A stretch of 64,000 bases of DNA from an uncultured delta proteobacterium (GTDB taxonomy: Bacteria; Desulfobacterota; WTBG01). A program made the position numbers and the translations under genes. The DNA is taken from contig CAWCBP010000001.1 in NCBI GenBank assembly GCA_963793865.1, positions 64,001-128,000 of the forward strand, read 5' to 3'. The notes beneath the pieces were generated by a model. The model was given only the letters and a program-made list of their open reading frames with translations. It was not told the origin of the DNA and did not search any database. Numbering within the stretch: the stretch's first letter is position 1; each line of letters opens with the position of its first letter. Of this stretch, positions 21,456 to 30,413 are shown piece after piece.

Positions 21456-22292
21456 ATGTCAGCGGTGGAAAAAAGGGGCGCTGCATGTCTGCCTGAAAAG
21501 GCAACCGTGAAGAAGGTGGCTCCGCTTACGGACACTGACCGGCTCTTTACCCTTACGCTGGATAGCGGGAGAAGCCTGGGCCATGCGCCGGGTCAGTTTG
21601 TTGTGGTATCCCTGTCGGGCATCGGTGAAGGTCCGGTTTCCATTGCCTCGCCTCCCGCAGAGGACAACTCACTTGAACTGGTTGTAAGCGCCGCGGATGA
21701 TCGTGCCGGGGCGATGCACCGCCTTGCGGCGGGGAATGCGGTCGGCATCGGGGGGCCCTTCGGGAACGGGTTCCCGATCAAAACCCTTATGGGTATGGAC
21801 CTCCTGCTGGTGGCCGGTGGCGTCGGGCTGGCGCCGCTTCGCTCACTCATACAATACAGCCTGCAACACCGTGATGCCTTCGGGCGCATTATCATTCTCT
21901 TCGGCGCCCGCCTGCCCCAGGAGCGCTTGTTTACTGATGATCTTGCGCAATGGTCTTCGCGCACGGACGTGGAATTGCTGGAGACGGTTGAGCGGGGGGA
22001 TGCGGGCTGGAAGGGAAACGTCGGTGTCATCACCACCCTGTTTAAAAAGGTGAGCATTGATCCTCGCAGAACCGCAGTGCTCATGGTCGGCCCGCCGATC
22101 ATGTATAAATACGCACTGCTTGAGGCCAGGGGAAAAGAGGTGCCGGAACAGAACATCTGGCTTTCGCTTGAGCACCGCATGAAGTGCGGTTTGGGCGCGT
22201 GCGGTCACTGCCGGATCAACAAGAACTCCGTCTGCCGGGATGGCCCGATTTTCGCCATCACCCAAATAGAAGCCGGTGCGGTGGCGCTGTGA
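21456..22292 (+). CDS. FAD/NAD(P)-binding 2Fe-2S protein (AsrB / sulfhydrogenase gamma family)
   Basis: PGQF, GEGPVSIAS, GPFGNGF, VAGGVGLAPLRS, GPPIM, MKCGLGACGHC..VCRDGP. Confidence 0.88.
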   Translation: MSAVEKRGAACLPEKATVKKVAPLTDTDRLFTLTLDSGRSLGHAPGQFVVVSLSGIGEGPVSIASPPAEDNSLELVVSAADDRAGAMHRLAAGNAVGIGGPFGNGFPIKTLMGMDLLLVAGGVGLAPLRSLIQYSLQHRDAFGRIIILFGARLPQERLFTDDLAQWSSRTDVELLETVERGDAGWKGNVGVITTLFKKVSIDPRRTAVLMVGPPIMYKYALLEARGKEVPEQNIWLSLEHRMKCGLGACGHCRINKNSVCRDGPIFAITQIEAGAVAL

Positions 22293-22387
22293 GACCGCCG
22301 GCCAATATCATGAAAAGTGCAGAGTGGTTTTCTGGGGAAGCGGACTTCACATCACAGGTGAACCTATCGGGTAAGCGAGGGAAGGCC

Positions 22388-22792
22388 ATGAAAAAAATAC
22401 TGGTTATTGATGACGATCCTGACATTGTAGAGGCAATAAGAATAGTGCTTGAAGCACAGAATTTCGAGGTGCACAGTGCCTCCAACGGCACCGAAGGCTT
22501 GAGCCGGGTAAAGGAGATAAACCCTGACCTTATCGTTCTTGATGTGATGATGGACAAGCTCACCGAAGGTTTTCAGGTCAGCTACACCCTGAAAAGCACG
22601 GCCGCCGGCTCCGAGTACGCGGCTTATGCAAAAACACCCATTCTCATGCTCACAGCCATCGGCAAGGAAACACATATGAAGTTCAGCCCGGAAACCGACG
22701 GGGCGTATCTGCCGGTGGAGGCCTTTCTGGAGAAACCGGTCCGGCCCGCAATGCTTATTGAAACGGTGAAGCGGCTGCTCGCTGTGGCATAG
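22388..22792 (+). CDS. Single-domain response regulator
   Basis: KILVIDDD, DLIVLDVMM, PILMLTA, EKP. Confidence 0.9.
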   Translation: MKKILVIDDDPDIVEAIRIVLEAQNFEVHSASNGTEGLSRVKEINPDLIVLDVMMDKLTEGFQVSYTLKSTAAGSEYAAYAKTPILMLTAIGKETHMKFSPETDGAYLPVEAFLEKPVRPAMLIETVKRLLAVA

Positions 22793-22935
22793 GCGTTATG
22801 AGAGGGGGCATTGTACCGCCGCCCCCGGTTGCCGCTTTCCGATCTGTCCCGTGGGCGTATCTCCGCACTGATCGCAGTGCCGCACGAAGAACTGCGCCTC
22901 GTACATCAACAGGGCTGAGGGAGACCAGCTAAAGC

Positions 22936-24861
22936 ATGGGCATTGTATCCTCTCTGGGAAAATATTTTCTGCCCGGCGAACTGCAAGCCGCGGGGGACTA
23001 CAATCGGCTGCCGCAGGGGCTGGACAGCGAAAAAAAATATGAGCCCGGCAAACAGCAGATGGAAGAAATTGCGGTCATCGCGCGATGGCTGGTCAGGCTG
23101 CGCTGGATTGCGATTTGCGGGTTTCTGGTGCTCACGCTCAGCTATTCGCTGTTGCCCCGGACCGTATCCCCCGAGCCTGCGCTTTATGGTTTATGCCTCG
23201 TTCTGCTCCTCTACAACTCAGCCTTCTTTTTGATTTTCAAGCTGCGAAAACCTTTAGCCGCGCAGTATGAACTGTTTTGTATCCGTCTCCAGGTGCTCTC
23301 CGACTGGGTGGTCCTGTTTCTGTTCATTCATTTTACCGGTGGTATCTTCAGCCCCATCATCTTCTTCGTGATTCTGCACATTATTATCAACTCTATGATT
23401 TTCCCCGCGGCGCAGTGCTACTGGTATACCACTTTTTCGCTCGCGGGCCTGGGCGTTCTTTTTCTGCTGGAGAATGTGGTCAGGCTTTTCCCGGTGAGCA
23501 ACCCCTGGTTTGGGAAAGGCATGCCGGAGCTGGAGTTCGTCCCGTTGCTTATCGCTTTTGTCCTCTTCTCTCTCGTGCTCTATGCGTCTACCTTCCTTGC
23601 CACCAGCATCATGGCCCGCTTCAGGCAAAGGGAAAATGTGGTGCGCAGTCTCAGCCGGAATCTGCAGAAGGCCCTCACCCGTATGGAAACACTGTATGAA
23701 ACGACCACCAGGATGGTTACCAGCTATGATTTACATGAGGTGCTTGATCATCTGGTGAAAGACAGCGTGCGCATCATGGGCGTGCATGGTGCCGTGCTGC
23801 GCCTGGTGGAAGAAGGCAGGGAAGATCTCATCACCGTTGCCACCTGCGGGCTGTCCGATGCGTACCTTGCCAAGGGGCCCGTACGCATGGATGACGATCT
23901 CATACCCAGAAGCCCTGATGATGTGATAGTGGTGAACGACGTGGAACAGGACCGGAGGCTGCGCTATCCGAAGGAAGCCCGTCAGGAAGGCATCCGCTCC
24001 ATAATTTCTCTTCCGCTGGTAAGCAAGGGAACGATAAAAGGGAACCTGCGCCTGTACGCCCGGACCAGGCAGCATTTTACCCGCGATGAGCTTTCCTTTC
24101 TTAAAACATTAGCCAATGGCGCTGCAGTGATCGTTGACAACGTACAGGCATGGAAGGCACTGGAGGAGAGCAACAGGAAAATCGTTTCCTTTGCGTACCA
24201 AATCGGCCACGATTTGAAATCACCGGTATCTGCAGTGCAGAGCCTGCTCTCCGCAATGCAGGAGGGGTATGCAGGCAGTATACCCTTAAAGCAGCAGGAT
24301 ATTCTGGCGCGGTGCATCAACAAGCAGGAGCACCTGCTCATGCTGATTCGTGATCTTCTCAATCTGGCGGAAGGCCATACCTCCGCCGAGGGCCAGAAGC
24401 TGGTTGCCATTTTTATTGATGCTGCGGCCTCGGAAGCCATAAAGCTTTTTGAAGCGGTCTCCGCGCAAAAAGGTGTTGCCCTGGTGTCATTGCTGCCGCA
24501 ACACCCCATCCCCTTCGAGGAAATTCCCGGAGATTTTCAGCGGCTTTTTTCAAACCTGCTTGACAACGCAATCCGCTATACACCGCCGGGAGGCAGGGTT
24601 GAGGTCGGGGCGGATTGCGATGACCGGCGGTTTACAATCAGTGTAAAGGATACGGGGATAGGCATTGAGCCTGAATACAGGGAAAAAATTTTTGAGGAAT
24701 TTTTCAGGACACCGCGGGCAAAAAAGTGCCTGTCAGAGGGAACGGGACTGGGCCTTTCCATAGTAAAGGGCATTGTTACTCGTTACCATGGTACCATTCA
24801 TCTTGAAAGCGAGCCGGGGAAGGGCACGGCCTTTTTTATAACCATTCCCCGTAAGCCATAA
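22936..24861 (+). CDS. Membrane GAF-domain sensor histidine kinase
   Basis: About six TM helices, GAF (EGIRSIISLPL), GHDLKSP, NLLDNAIRY, DTGIGI, GTGLGL. Confidence 0.9.
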   Translation: MGIVSSLGKYFLPGELQAAGDYNRLPQGLDSEKKYEPGKQQMEEIAVIARWLVRLRWIAICGFLVLTLSYSLLPRTVSPEPALYGLCLVLLLYNSAFFLIFKLRKPLAAQYELFCIRLQVLSDWVVLFLFIHFTGGIFSPIIFFVILHIIINSMIFPAAQCYWYTTFSLAGLGVLFLLENVVRLFPVSNPWFGKGMPELEFVPLLIAFVLFSLVLYASTFLATSIMARFRQRENVVRSLSRNLQKALTRMETLYETTTRMVTSYDLHEVLDHLVKDSVRIMGVHGAVLRLVEEGREDLITVATCGLSDAYLAKGPVRMDDDLIPRSPDDVIVVNDVEQDRRLRYPKEARQEGIRSIISLPLVSKGTIKGNLRLYARTRQHFTRDELSFLKTLANGAAVIVDNVQAWKALEESNRKIVSFAYQIGHDLKSPVSAVQSLLSAMQEGYAGSIPLKQQDILARCINKQEHLLMLIRDLLNLAEGHTSAEGQKLVAIFIDAAASEAIKLFEAVSAQKGVALVSLLPQHPIPFEEIPGDFQRLFSNLLDNAIRYTPPGGRVEVGADCDDRRFTISVKDTGIGIEPEYREKIFEEFFRTPRAKKCLSEGTGLGLSIVKGIVTRYHGTIHLESEPGKGTAFFITIPRKP

Positions 24862-24927
24862 CCCATGAAGCTGATTTTTATTCCGGGCCCTTCACGTGAG
24901 CTCGGGACGCGCTGCGCGAAGGATCGC

Positions 24928-25066
24928 ATGCCTGCGCTCAGGGCTGAACGCCCGGTAATTCTCCAGAAGCTGCAGGCCTTCCGGGCAAAACCGCTGCTGA
25001 TCTGTGTGCCGAGCGGCGTAAATTGGGCTGCCCCAATCGCGAGTAAATGAACAGCGCGATGAAAAG
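24928..25066 (+). repeat. Direct repeat of the 3' end of the 19952-21274 oxidoreductase gene
   Basis: Near-identical to 21155-21294, including TGCCGAGCGGCGTAAATTGGGCTGCCCCAATCGCGAGTAAATGAACAGCGCGATGAAAAG. Confidence 0.85.
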
Positions 25067-25125
25067 GGGTTTTGATCCCGTCAGGAGATTTTTAGATAAG
25101 CCATGAGGTCATCATATGATCCCTG

Positions 25126-25308
25126 CTACATGAGCCGTTCAAAAAAGGTGTTGAGGTCATCTTCGGTTACGAACCACCTTCCCATCAATTTCTGTCCGTT
25201 GAGATGACCCTGCTTAATATAATTCCTGACAGAAACAGTGGTCACATTAAGCAGTCGCGACACGTCAAACACAGAGTACAGGGTGAGATCTTTTACTATT
25301 GTTGGCAT
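25126..25308 (-). CDS. Small excisionase-like HTH protein
   Basis: LYSVFDVSRLLNVTTVSVRNYIKQGHLNGQKLMGRWFV; SD GGAGG. Confidence 0.75.
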   Translation of the reverse strand: MPTIVKDLTLYSVFDVSRLLNVTTVSVRNYIKQGHLNGQKLMGRWFVTEDDLNTFFERLM

Positions 25309-25746
25309 GGTTTTTCTTACCTCCGTTTCTTGCCTGCCGGTTAATGATTCCTCTTCCTTATCTAATGACCGTATCGAACAGATATCTCCATCAACCATCT
25401 TGCCTTACAGTGTGGAATGCCCCTGTTAAACGTTATAGCAAACGGGGTGCCACAATAGACCTTCACGGTGCTGCACACGGCGCCACCCAAAAAACGCTTA
25501 TTTATTAATATATAACAGTGCCAGGTATCTTTGGAAACAGCCGGCACTCGTTTTCTCAAGGGATGGTTGTATACAACCATTTTTCTTCGGAATAAAAATA
25601 ATATGGTTACATTTAACCAGCCCAATGACATGTGAGGATTCTTTGTGGTACAATAATGTAAACACATATAAAGGTTCGGGTTAGACCTTTGATCAGACGT
25701 TCACGGGGAAGACATTAATTTTGAAACAACCTTCGAAGGGCAGTTT

Positions 25747-27117
25747 GTGAAGAAAATCCGGATGCGCAAATTAATGATATGGGGAGTGTTAGCCGGTGCT
25801 ATTGTGCTGTCAGCCCCGTCATCCGAGGCCTTCCGCTTTGCGGTAACGGGCGACACCCGGGGCAGCGACAATGGCGTGAATGCCGTCATACTGGCTGAAA
25901 TGGCCCAGGCGGTCATTGATGATGCCGCCGATTTTATAGTGGTCACCGGTGACCTGGTAAACGGGTCGACAGATCCGGCTATCCTTCAGTCCCAGCTCAC
26001 CACCTGGCGAAACATCATGCAGCCGCTCTATGATTTGAACATCGGGGTTTATCCCTGCCGGGGGAATCATGATACGGGCAGCAAGACAGCATGGGATGCT
26101 GTTTTTACCGGAAACTATGCGTTACCGGGCAATGGACCGGCCGGTGAAGAAAATGTTACCTATTCATTTATCCATGAAAACAGCCTGTTCATAGCCCTTG
26201 ATCAGTACGGCTCACACCTGAATCGTGTCAATCAAACATGGCTTGATACCGAGCTTGCTTCCAACCTGCAACCCCATGTGTTTGTCTTCGGACATGTTCC
26301 GGCGTTCTCGGTATACCATGCGGATTGCCTTGATGATTACCCGGATGAACGAAACCTGTTCTGGCAAAGCATAGGGGACGGATGCGGCAGAATCTACTTC
26401 ACCGGCCATGACCATTTCTATAATCATGCACGAATTGATGACGACGACGGAAATCCGGATAATGATCTTCACCAGATCATCACGGGTGCAGGCGGTGCAC
26501 CGATGTATGACTGGAACGGCCTTTACAGCGGTTACAATGGTGCCTGGACACCTCAGCTCGTCTTTCATGAGAAACAGTACAGTTACATCCTGGCGGAGGT
26601 GACCGGTTTAACGGTAACACTGACCATGAAACATAGAACCGTGCCGGGTACCTATGAGGATGGAGGGCATAGCTTGAGTTTCACCTATGCCGATACCGAT
26701 GATGACAGCAAGGGCGACACCTGTGATAATTGTTCGGCTGTGGCGAACGCCGCCCAGGAAGACGCGGATACGGACAGCGTGGGGGATGTCTGCGATAATT
26801 GTCCCGCTGATCCCAACCACACCCAGGCTGATACGCTTCCGCCCGGGGGAAACGGCATCGGAGATACCTGCGATTGCGAGGGAAATTTTGACGGTGATGA
26901 GGACTGCGATGGTACTGATGTGGCAGTATTCAAGGCGGATTTCGGCCGTAGTCAGCTTAACACTCCCTGCCGGAGCGGTTATCCCTGCAACGGGGATTTC
27001 TCCTGCGACGGAGATGTTGACGGTACGGATGCAGTGCTGATTAAGGCTGATTTCGGCCGCGGACAATTCAACCATGCCTGTTCGTCACACACTGCAGGAA
27101 CATGGTGCAGTTATTAG
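25747..27117 (+). CDS. Secreted metallophosphoesterase with TSP3 repeats and Cys-rich dockerin-like C-terminal tail
   Basis: Signal peptide; GDTR, TGDLV, RGNHD, GHVP, GHDHFY motifs; DxxGDxCDNC repeats; [32 protein letters not shown]. Confidence 0.85.
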   Translation: MKKIRMRKLMIWGVLAGAIVLSAPSSEAFRFAVTGDTRGSDNGVNAVILAEMAQAVIDDAADFIVVTGDLVNGSTDPAILQSQLTTWRNIMQPLYDLNIGVYPCRGNHDTGSKTAWDAVFTGNYALPGNGPAGEENVTYSFIHENSLFIALDQYGSHLNRVNQTWLDTELASNLQPHVFVFGHVPAFSVYHADCLDDYPDERNLFWQSIGDGCGRIYFTGHDHFYNHARIDDDDGNPDNDLHQIITGAGGAPMYDWNGLYSGYNGAWTPQLVFHEKQYSYILAEVTGLTVTLTMKHRTVPGTYEDGGHSLSFTYADTDDDSKGDTCDNCSAVANAAQEDADTDSVGDVCDNCPADPNHTQADTLPPGGNGIGDTCDCEGNFDGDEDCDGTDVAVFKADFGRSQLNTPCRSGYPCNGDFSCDGDVDGTDAVLIKADFGRGQFNHACSSHTAGTWCSY

Positions 27118-27214
27118 CAGGCTGTTGAAAAACACCCATCTGCTTCGTTACGCTCATTCTTCGTCATTACAGCGTATGCGGTAGCGCGCTCTTTTGCAGC
27201 CGAGCATTCAGTTG

Positions 27215-27973
27215 CTAGGCTGCCTTTGCGATCAACTTTTCAAGTTTTTGACGGGCGTTTTCCTTGATCGGCTCGCCGTGGCTGGGAAGGATTACGCTAA
27301 ACGTGTAGTCAAACAGCTTTTTTAAATTGGAGATCGCCTTTTCCTGATCCAGGCTGGCATTGGACAGGGGAGGATTGATTTCGTCAGGGCCCATGGCAGG
27401 ATTGAGCAGATTTTTGCCCATGATGCTGTCGCCTGCCAGCAGCACCTCGTCCCTGAAGAGAAGGCAGATGTTGCCGGCGGTGTGCCCCTCCAGGTGAATG
27501 ATTCTGAGCTCAGGGGTAAACAGCTGATCGTGGCGCAGAGGCATGTCGATCATGCAGGGGGTAATGGCAAAGTGCGCGGCCAGCTTGGGAGGCAGCACGG
27601 TTGAAGGGGGAGGCTCAACCAGCCCTTCAATCACGGGGATATCGAGCTCATGCATGGCTGCCGGCACTTTGAGCGTTTCTTTAAGCTGTTTTAAGCACCC
27701 CGTGTGATCGGCATGGTAGTGCGTGCAGATGATGGCGTCAATCTTCAAGCCCTTCTCACCAATATACTTCATGATGTGGTGATAGGATCCCCGCCTGAGG
27801 TATTCCACCTGCCGGGCATCTCCCAGTTTAATCCCTCCCCTTTCAAAAAAGGAGAGTATATCTTGAGGTACCGGCTTCACGCCGGTATCAACCAGGATGT
27901 TCTTTTCACCCTCGATGATGAAGGCCTTGACATTGCCGAGTTCAATGGCATGAACCCTGCCTAACGCATCCAT
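27215..27973 (-). CDS. MBL-fold metallo-hydrolase
   Basis: LVDTG, THYHADHTG, GHTAG, LAGD, PSHG. Confidence 0.9.
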   Translation of the reverse strand: MDALGRVHAIELGNVKAFIIEGEKNILVDTGVKPVPQDILSFFERGGIKLGDARQVEYLRRGSYHHIMKYIGEKGLKIDAIICTHYHADHTGCLKQLKETLKVPAAMHELDIPVIEGLVEPPPSTVLPPKLAAHFAITPCMIDMPLRHDQLFTPELRIIHLEGHTAGNICLLFRDEVLLAGDSIMGKNLLNPAMGPDEINPPLSNASLDQEKAISNLKKLFDYTFSVILPSHGEPIKENARQKLEKLIAKAA

Positions 27974-28090
27974 TGCAGTATATACCTGGCAGGTTATTGA
28001 AAAAGCAGTTTTCCCCAGGCTGTCAAAGGCTCAAAGGGGCTCTTGAAAAAAAAGGAGGCATACCCTTGACCGAGCGCGGAAGAGCGGGCG

Positions 28091-28717
28091 CTACTGTACC
28101 CGCTTTATCTCCAGCTTCTCGATGACGACGGGAGTCAGCGGTTTGTCACGGCCATCTTTTTTAACCGCCTCAATCGCTTCAATTGCCTCCTGTCCCTCGA
28201 CGACCTGGCCGAAGATGGTGTGTTTGTTATCCAGCCATGGCGTGGGAACGGTGGTTATGAAGAACTGGCTTCCGTTGGTGTTGGGGCCGGCATTGGCCAT
28301 GGCCAGCTTTCCCGGCTTGTCAAATTTCAGGCCCGCATTGAATTCGTCTGCAAACTGGTAACCCGGGCCACCCCGTCCCGTGCCCTCGGGATCTCCGCCC
28401 TGGATCATAAAATTGGGGATGACGCGGTGAAAGATGAGGCCGTCATAAAACCGCTTCTTCTGCTTTGTATTTGTCTTGGGGTCGGTCCATTCCCTGGTGC
28501 CTTCCGCGAGGCCCACAAAATTTTCAACGGTTTTGGGGGCCTCCTTTTCAAGCAGGCTGCAGGTAATGGTTCCCATGGTGGTGTGGAAAATGGCGTAAAG
28601 ACCGGGTTTCATCTGAGCCTCCTTTTTTGCCCCCTTGTCTGCAGCGGATGAGCAGGTGGTGAGACAAAATGTGAACATGGTTGAGAGTAGCAGTGCTTTT
28701 ATTGCCAGTTTTTGCAT
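28091..28717 (-). CDS. Cyclophilin-type peptidyl-prolyl isomerase with N-terminal signal
   Basis: [43 protein letters not shown]. Confidence 0.95.
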   Translation of the reverse strand: MQKLAIKALLLSTMFTFCLTTCSSAADKGAKKEAQMKPGLYAIFHTTMGTITCSLLEKEAPKTVENFVGLAEGTREWTDPKTNTKQKKRFYDGLIFHRVIPNFMIQGGDPEGTGRGGPGYQFADEFNAGLKFDKPGKLAMANAGPNTNGSQFFITTVPTPWLDNKHTIFGQVVEGQEAIEAIEAVKKDGRDKPLTPVVIEKLEIKRVQ

Positions 28718-28774
28718 ACGCGTCTCCTGTGTGTGTTGTCGCGGCCGGAGGCCGCTCCGACCGGCAATTATATT

Positions 28775-29317
28775 TTAAATGCCGCACGGGTTAATGGGCG
28801 GTGAAGCATGCGCATCGTGCGGCATCTCGGCGATGACCTGGGCCCGGCCGTTGTCATTAATGCGCTGAGATGCCTCAAAGAGAATTGCATCGAGCGCTTT
28901 CCTGAGCAGATTGAAGTTGTGCTCCTTTCCTCTCTGCCTCAGGACATCGTTGAGCGGTTCACAGTTTACTTTCACGCAGGTAAACGGTCTCATGTCCGCG
29001 GGAAGAGCGCAGCCTTCAGGGGTCAGAAACGAGCATGCCGTGTCTCTCCTGATGCGATTACGGGGTATGGCGGGCTTGTCGTATTTCATCCTGAAGAGCA
29101 CATAGTCCTCAAAGGAAAACCAGCCTTCCAGGGGGAACCCCTCGCAGCACTTGTGTTCGCAGGCACCGCAGTGTTCGGGGGCAACCTCGCTCAGAATGCG
29201 GCGCATTTGATTCTGGATGGCTGATGCCCGCAGGGCACAGCGAGACAGCTGTTTGCCGCTGACTTCAAGTCCCTGATGCAGGTTTTGGTATCTCTCTTCA
29301 AGCGATTCAATGGACAT
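28775..29317 (-). CDS. Cys-cluster protein (YkgJ-like)
   Basis: CGACEHKCC, CSFLTPEGC, RPFTCVKVNC. Confidence 0.6.
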   Translation of the reverse strand: MSIESLEERYQNLHQGLEVSGKQLSRCALRASAIQNQMRRILSEVAPEHCGACEHKCCEGFPLEGWFSFEDYVLFRMKYDKPAIPRNRIRRDTACSFLTPEGCALPADMRPFTCVKVNCEPLNDVLRQRGKEHNFNLLRKALDAILFEASQRINDNGRAQVIAEMPHDAHASPPINPCGI

Positions 29318-29651
29318 GCGTGACGGGCCGGTATGTTTTGATTACGGAAAGCCGCCTTTAAAGCATCGGCGTCCGAATATATAAGAAGCATGCTTTTTTT
29401 TCAATACAAATTTCCGGCAGGCATGGGATAATCCATAATATTACCTGTAGGGGCGACCGGCCGGTCGTCCCTACTCAACAGACTCCATTTTCGCATCATA
29501 CATTGCATGCGCATGGTATTTCCGGCAAAAGATTAAGGTAAAACCGAATTGACTGATTTTAAGCGCCGGCAATTAAGTCTTTACAATCACCGCTTTTCAT
29601 ACTAAAAAAGGAGCAGAGTCATCATCGGTCGCCACCGATGGAAGGATGTGA

Positions 29652-30059
29652 ATGATGGATTACATTTTGGAGCGGCTGGCGGTCGGCGACATTAATGACG
29701 CCAGAAATATTCCCGACAGGATAACAGCATTGCTTAATTGTTCGGAAGAGCATGATACCTTCCGTAAAGGCATCCCGTATCTTAAAATACCCCTGGTCGA
29801 TTTTCAGCCCATTGATCCCGCGTATATTCCCGGGGCCGTGGCATGGATTAAAGAGACGATCGTGGATCACCGGGTGCTGGTTCACTGTAACGCGGGTATC
29901 GGAAGGTCGCCCTCAATTGTGGTGTGCTACCTGTGCGAGGTCGGGTTTGGCTTCGAGGAAGCGGTACGGCTGGTAAAGACCAAAAGGCCGGATGCAGTTC
30001 CTCATCATGACCTCAAGTCGGCGATACTGTTGGCCAGGAGAATGAGTTTGTTTAAGTAA
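29652..30059 (+). CDS. Dual-specificity protein phosphatase
   Basis: VLVHCNAGIGRS (HCX5R). Confidence 0.9.
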   Translation: MMDYILERLAVGDINDARNIPDRITALLNCSEEHDTFRKGIPYLKIPLVDFQPIDPAYIPGAVAWIKETIVDHRVLVHCNAGIGRSPSIVVCYLCEVGFGFEEAVRLVKTKRPDAVPHHDLKSAILLARRMSLFK

Positions 30060-30413
30060 GGAGGGATGCAAGATGCAGATACTGATGGAGTACTGGAGTA
30101 CTGGATACTCCTCCTATAGTTCGCGGCTAAAGCCGCTCCTACATCCATTACTCCACCACTCCAGTACCCCGGTCTCTGACCTGCCAAGATGAATGACAAA
30201 ATTGCGAATGCATTGCTTGATGGTGGATACCACATGGTGATGTGACCATTGATCTGGTAGGGGCAGGCCCCTGTGCCTGCCCGATACAAAGGGCAACCAC
30301 CGGGGGTTGCCCCTACACCTTCTCGTCGCAATCCTCTTTTTTATTTGTTATACTCATTACCTTGTTTTCTCTGCACCCTGCACCCTGAACCCCTGTCCCT
30401 TTACCCCTGTTCC

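Noticed and set aside
30070..30412. Degenerate 7- and 8-mer tracts (TACTCCA, ACCCCTG), and CACGAAG tracts at 14225-14262 and 16581-16620
   Set aside because: Low-complexity intergenic repeats with no associated gene or structure that I can support.
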